From NCBI GenBank assembly GCA_012295275.1, contig CM022671.1, forward strand, positions 31,868,001 to 31,932,000: DNA of 64,000 bases, given 5' to 3'. The position numbers and the translations under genes are program-made. The notes beneath the pieces were generated by a model. That model did no database searches. It was not told where the DNA came from and saw only the letters and a list, made by a program, of their open reading frames with translations. Each line of letters starts with the position of its first letter. Within the stretch, counting starts at the first letter, position 1. Shown here piece by piece: positions 59,176-64,000 of this stretch. Source of the DNA: Chrysomallon squamiferum. Its lineage: Eukaryota > Animalia > Mollusca.

Positions 59176-60254
59176 TTATTATTACGTTGCACGACTGGAC
59201 AAGTTTCGTTAAAAAAATTAATAATAATAATATTATTATTATCATCATTATTATTATTATAATGTTTGGTTTATTATTTGTTTTTTGTGTTTGGTAATAA
59301 ATATGTGTATGTATTTGCTTCGCAATTCAAATCATTGTGCATCTCTAAACTAATATGTTATTGTATATAAACAATCATGTTTCCTTCTGTTATGCCTATT
59401 TATTAACCTTTATTGTTTTAACCCAACATTAAAATTGTAATTAAATTTATTGAAAAAAAAAAAAAAAAAAAAAAAGGGCTGTAGAACAACTGATGGTTAC
59501 ATTTACTGTAATATAGAATGCTTCATTTGTTTGTTTGTTTTTTCTTTTTTTTTCACTTTTGTTATTAATATGTTCTTCAGTATACAGAATTTAGGTTTGG
59601 CTGTACAATACAGTGTTACTACGAAAACTAGTGAAAAAGATTATGCTGGAACCACTGCTGATGTATATATAGAATTCCGCGGACGCTATGGCAAAAGTGG
59701 ATGGCATCGGATTTATGGCAATTTTCAAGCAGGAGACACTGATCACAGCAATGTAAGTGAAATATTCCACATTTTCATTCATTTTTATCTTATTTTATTA
59801 TTATATATTTCTTCATTATTTTTACATTTTATTTTTAAATTTTTTAATTGTATTTATTTGTTTGTTTTATATTCTTAAACAAATCACACTGCAGAATATC
59901 GCCATACAAAATAATTCTTATTATGTGTTTACTTCGTTCTAATTTTATTCCTCAGCCTTTATTTATATATTTTATTATTATTATTATTATTATTATTAAA
60001 TTATTATTATTATTATTTGTTTGTTTGTTTGTTTGCTTGCTTTAATTTATTTTAATTTATTAAATAAAAAAAAAAAAGTTAATACCTAAATACAAAAGAA
60101 ATTTAATATTTTTTGTCATTTAAACAAACTAACATTAGTTATGTTAAATTTATTATAAATAACAAAACCCAAATTAATATGCTGCTTCATAATAATGATA
60201 TCTGCGGTCATTAATTTATCTCGTTATTGTTTATTGATTTATTGATTCACTGAT

Positions 60255-60337
<83 letters not shown>

Positions 60338-61279
60338 TTTTTGTAAATGCAAAACATTTCTGATACTTTTTGTCGAATAATGAATTTTTTCATATCAGAT
60401 TAAAATAAAACAGTTACAATGAATTTAACGAGGATAAATTTCAAAAGATTTTGTTGCACTCAATTCAAGATATAGACTTATTAGATGATTGTATACAAAT
60501 AACAATTCTAACTTTATTAACAAAAACAACAAGAAATAAAAAAAAAACAAGAAAAATAATAAGAAGGTTTATAAAGTTACCGGACCAATTATCCGGACTC
60601 CTTGGGGCGCGAGGCATTCCGGATTTCTGGTACCAAGGTATCTAAATACGTAAATAATTAGGCATAAACATTTTAAAATTAAAAACATAAAGAAAATTGA
60701 CGATACACAACTGTGGCGTAAACAATGCGGCGAGTGAATGAACGCCACGCGGCTTAAAAGAGTAGTTCTGGTCTGGTGAGGACAACACCCACGCACGCGA
60801 ATTATGAAAATAGCGTCGGGAAAAAAACTTCCGGTTTTCTGGTCTTTCCGGATTTCAGGACGCCGGATAATTGGTCCGGTACCTGTACTATCTTATAATT
60901 ACCTGGAAAATTAATTAGTATTTAAAATACTTTTACAACATTTTTTTTTATTTCAGATCACTTCATGAAGTGAATAAGTGACATAATAAAGACTTAAAAA
61001 GCTGACTTAACTCATAGCAATATAAATGTAATTAAAATTACTTTATGTAGGTTTTACTTTTTCTTAAATTATTCAGGTCAACACAGGGGATGTCGGACCT
61101 ATACTCAGCATTGGCTTGAAACGGAATGACGATAGTACGTTTTCTGACTGGCGTATAGATTATGTAAGTATCAAACATATATAGTACTAAGTACTGTTTC
61201 ATATTTTGAACTTAATGCTTCAAAATCTATTTTAGTGAGACCTGAAGGATAATAATAATAAGAAGAAAAAATATTATTG

Positions 61280-61337
<58 letters not shown>

Positions 61338-62096
61338 TATGAAAATTCTGAAGTAGTTCTAGACTACAGTGGAACCTCGGCTTACGAACTGAATTCGCTC
61401 CAGAACTCGGTTCGTAAACCGAATTGTAAATAAACCGAAGCGATGCCACACTCACGAACGCCACTCTCATGTTTTGCAATTACTTCTTTCTTAACCTCTG
61501 CTGTGATACGTTTATATTTTACACCAACATTATTTTTATCACTTTTTGTTTTCTTGCGCGCCATATTGGATAGGGTATAATAGTTTTTAAAAAAGTATAC
61601 ACAAAAATGCGAGTGTACAAGCTCAGTGCAAAAGCTACTGAGCTGCAACTGCGTATCGAAGATTAAAGGCCCTAATTCATGATATATATTTGCTGTAGGG
61701 TATGCCTATAATTCATACTTTGACCTCGGTTTTGACGTGAGCATCTATTCTTATCTTTACTAGATGTTTACGTCAAAACCGACATCAAAAGAAAGCTTGT
61801 TGTGGCGCGTCGCTGTAGTTTGTATCTCAGGATATTATTCGTAAACCGAGACAAAAATTGCCCAAGATCAGGATACGTAATCCAATTTGTTCGTACTTCG
61901 AGGCGTTCGTAACCCGAGGTTCCACTGTACATTAACACCAGAATCCAGTTTTTAACAAGATAAGCTTATTTTGTTATATCCGTTTCAGGTAAGGGTCGAC
62001 AAGGCTTTGAATTCTTACTACTTCCCCTGCGATTGCTGGATGAAGACACATCCATCTCAGCTAGTAGGTGAAATTAGAACATTAACACTGTTTTGA
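59076..62096 (+). CDS. Gene C: secreted single-domain PLAT/LH2 protein (139 aa)
   Basis: Exons 59076-59128, 59581-59752, 61077-61163, 61989-62096 (420 nt, phases match). Translation: MFWFESHVILFLIFIVLSIQNLGLA-VQYSVTTKTSEKDYAGTTADVYIEFRGRYGKS...GNFQAGDTD..VNTGDVGPILSIGL...DWRIDYVRV...YYFPCDCWM...TLTLF*. It has the PLAT hallmarks Y.V...T....AGT.A.V, F..G..D, D.G.I, W....V.V and FPC..W. AATAAA at 62129. Confidence 0.9.
60574..60885. mobile_element. MITE (Tc1/mariner-pogo type)
   Basis: TIRs TACCGGACCAATTATCCGG ... CCGGATAATTGGTCCGGTACCTG|TA, with subterminal ccggattt repeats; CpG-rich relative to the host. Confidence 0.8.
61367..61927 (-). mobile_element. Non-autonomous Tigger-like element
   Basis: TA|CAGTGGAACCTCGGCTTACGAAC ... 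GTTCGTAACCCGAGGTTCCACTG|TA. The remnant MARKK...KRITAEVKKEVIAKHESGVR is a Tigger N-terminus. Confidence 0.9.
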
Positions 62097-64000
62097 TATT
62101 AACAGTAAAATGGTTAAAGTTGTCCAATAATAAATAAGAAAATAAATAAAATGTCTCTCTTTAGATAGATACTTGGGAAAATGTACACTGATTAGATGTT
62201 TCTTTACATATATTAATATTGTAACCGTGAAAACAGGTATAAGGCACCAACAAAATAATGACTTGTTAATTTATTGTAATAATATCTATATTAGAATATA
62301 ATTATTTTATTTTACATTAACCTGCAGCTGATATGAAATTAATATACAGATGTAACATATATGTGACAGGAAATACGTATGATTCCTGAAAATTTCAAGC
62401 AATATGTATAATGTCTCTGCCATGCTGTTCATCTTGACTCTAACTGTGGTGGGCTGGGTTTCACTAAATGCTACTGTGCAGATTCCAAGTGATTCAAACT
62501 TCTTGTTGCCGATTTTTTCTTTAATTTTCATTAAATTGACATGATTTTAATTTACTGGGGGCAAAAAAAAAATCAGTTTTGTAATTCAGCAGAAGATTGT
62601 CATATCTGTATGCACAAAGGGAATAACTTAATATATCAGTTTTATCTTGTGACAGTGATAATACTGAATTGATCTGAATTACAGAATGATATGATTGTTT
62701 GTATTAATGAATTTGAATGACATTTATAAGAGCTTTGCTTAAATCCTAAAAGTAAATTACAAAATACAAACATAAAGAGTTGATTTTACATATTTCAGAA
62801 TACAGCTGCAATGGTAAAGGTACTGGACCAAAAAGCTTATAACAAAAATTATCATTGTTAACAATTTGGAAAATGGGAACTTTAAAAGTGTCTTTCAGAA
62901 AACAAACACAGATACAAACATACACAACTACACACACTCTCACACACACAACAACCAAAATACACATATACTCTTACACACCTCACACATAACACACAAA
63001 CACATTTACTATGAAACTTGTAAACACTGTGAGTGACAGCAAAAACTGTGATAAAAATATGTACAATGATGAAAAAAATATTCTGGTTTAATGAGAAAAT
63101 AATATAACCATTAATGTCATGAAGAGTTTTGTTATATTTTCTTTACAAAACAAAAATTTATTTGTTGGACTGGATTAGTATAATCTATTAAATTTCTGAT
63201 TTGATTAATTGTGGTAATTATAGAATATATATATTTAACTTATCTTATATTGAATTTAAATGGTAGTGTTTTGATGTTGGTATATAGAATTTTTCTTTCA
63301 GTCTGAAAAAGTAGCATAGATCTCTGTGGGCAAAAAGTCTGCATTTTTTGATGATGTAATATGTGAGCTATGTGATAAACATGACATCCAAAAAAAAAAA
63401 TTCATTTACACACTGACAGACAAAAGACATGTTCAGGTGAATAAAGATGACTCTCATTATTCTAGAAGAATTAGCATCAATTTAAAATACCACACTCCAT
63501 CAAAGTGACCTATTGTTTTCTTTACTTTCTTATGTTTGTATTAAAACTTATTTATAAAATTCACATACCAGACCATTTTTTTAATAATATAGGTTCAATA
63601 CCATTATTTATATCCACTTTTATATATAATACTGGTACCAGACCATTCATATATGGACAATTACTATAAAAATATATATATATATATTTGGTTAGTTAGC
63701 AGTTCTTATGTAAAAGGAAACAGCCCATTTATAATAAACAAACACAGATCACAAATGTATATTACAGACACAATACACATTTTTATTTATAATACAGATC
63801 CCAGGCCATTTGTATATAATATAATACAGATAAGAGACCATTTATATATAATACACACAAACCATTTTTGTTGAAATAGAGGTAACATACCGTATATATT
63901 TGTAAAGGCGACCTTATGTATATGTAAATGTGTATTTCAAGACCAAAAATTGCGTCATTTTAGTTATTACTTGTGTATGTACTATAGATTGATGATTTTT

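Noticed and set aside
62307-63874. Short ORFs at the right end of the window
   Set aside because: No recognisable motifs or consistent exon chain; this could be UTR or the terminal exon of a neighbouring gene, but that cannot be supported here.

Overview
AT-rich, microsatellite-laden animal genomic DNA with GT-AG introns. It is probably a mollusc or other marine invertebrate, which is an inference I cannot prove. Splicing the ORF fragments by hand gives three genes. (B) Minus strand, 58144->13528: 47 phase-consistent exons encoding a ~4,860-aa type-I membrane protein. Its modules in order are signal peptide, vitellogenin/MTP-like large-lipid-transfer (LLT) module, amphipathic helices, LECT2/M23-like domain, Lys-rich amphipathic segment, beta-sheet module, PAN/apple domain, ~15 'DxTPP...W.GF.D.ESGI' FN3/Ig-like repeats (with an inserted GH16/ConA-like jelly roll), bacterial-adhesin-type cadherin/Ig domain, TM helix and a ~95-aa tail. 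It carries six furin-type RxK/RR sites. (A) Plus strand, <1-9911: the 3' part of a convergent relative built from the same repeats, with no TM helix and three frameshifts. (C) Plus strand, 59076-62096: a small secreted single-PLAT/LH2-domain protein whose ATG is ~0.93 kb from gene B's ATG, head-to-head. Introns hold several Tigger/pogo-type non-autonomous elements plus mini- and microsatellites. The most interesting candidate system is a processed lipid-binding/pattern-recognition polyprotein paired divergently with a secreted PLAT protein. All domain calls come from reading motifs by eye, not from database searches.
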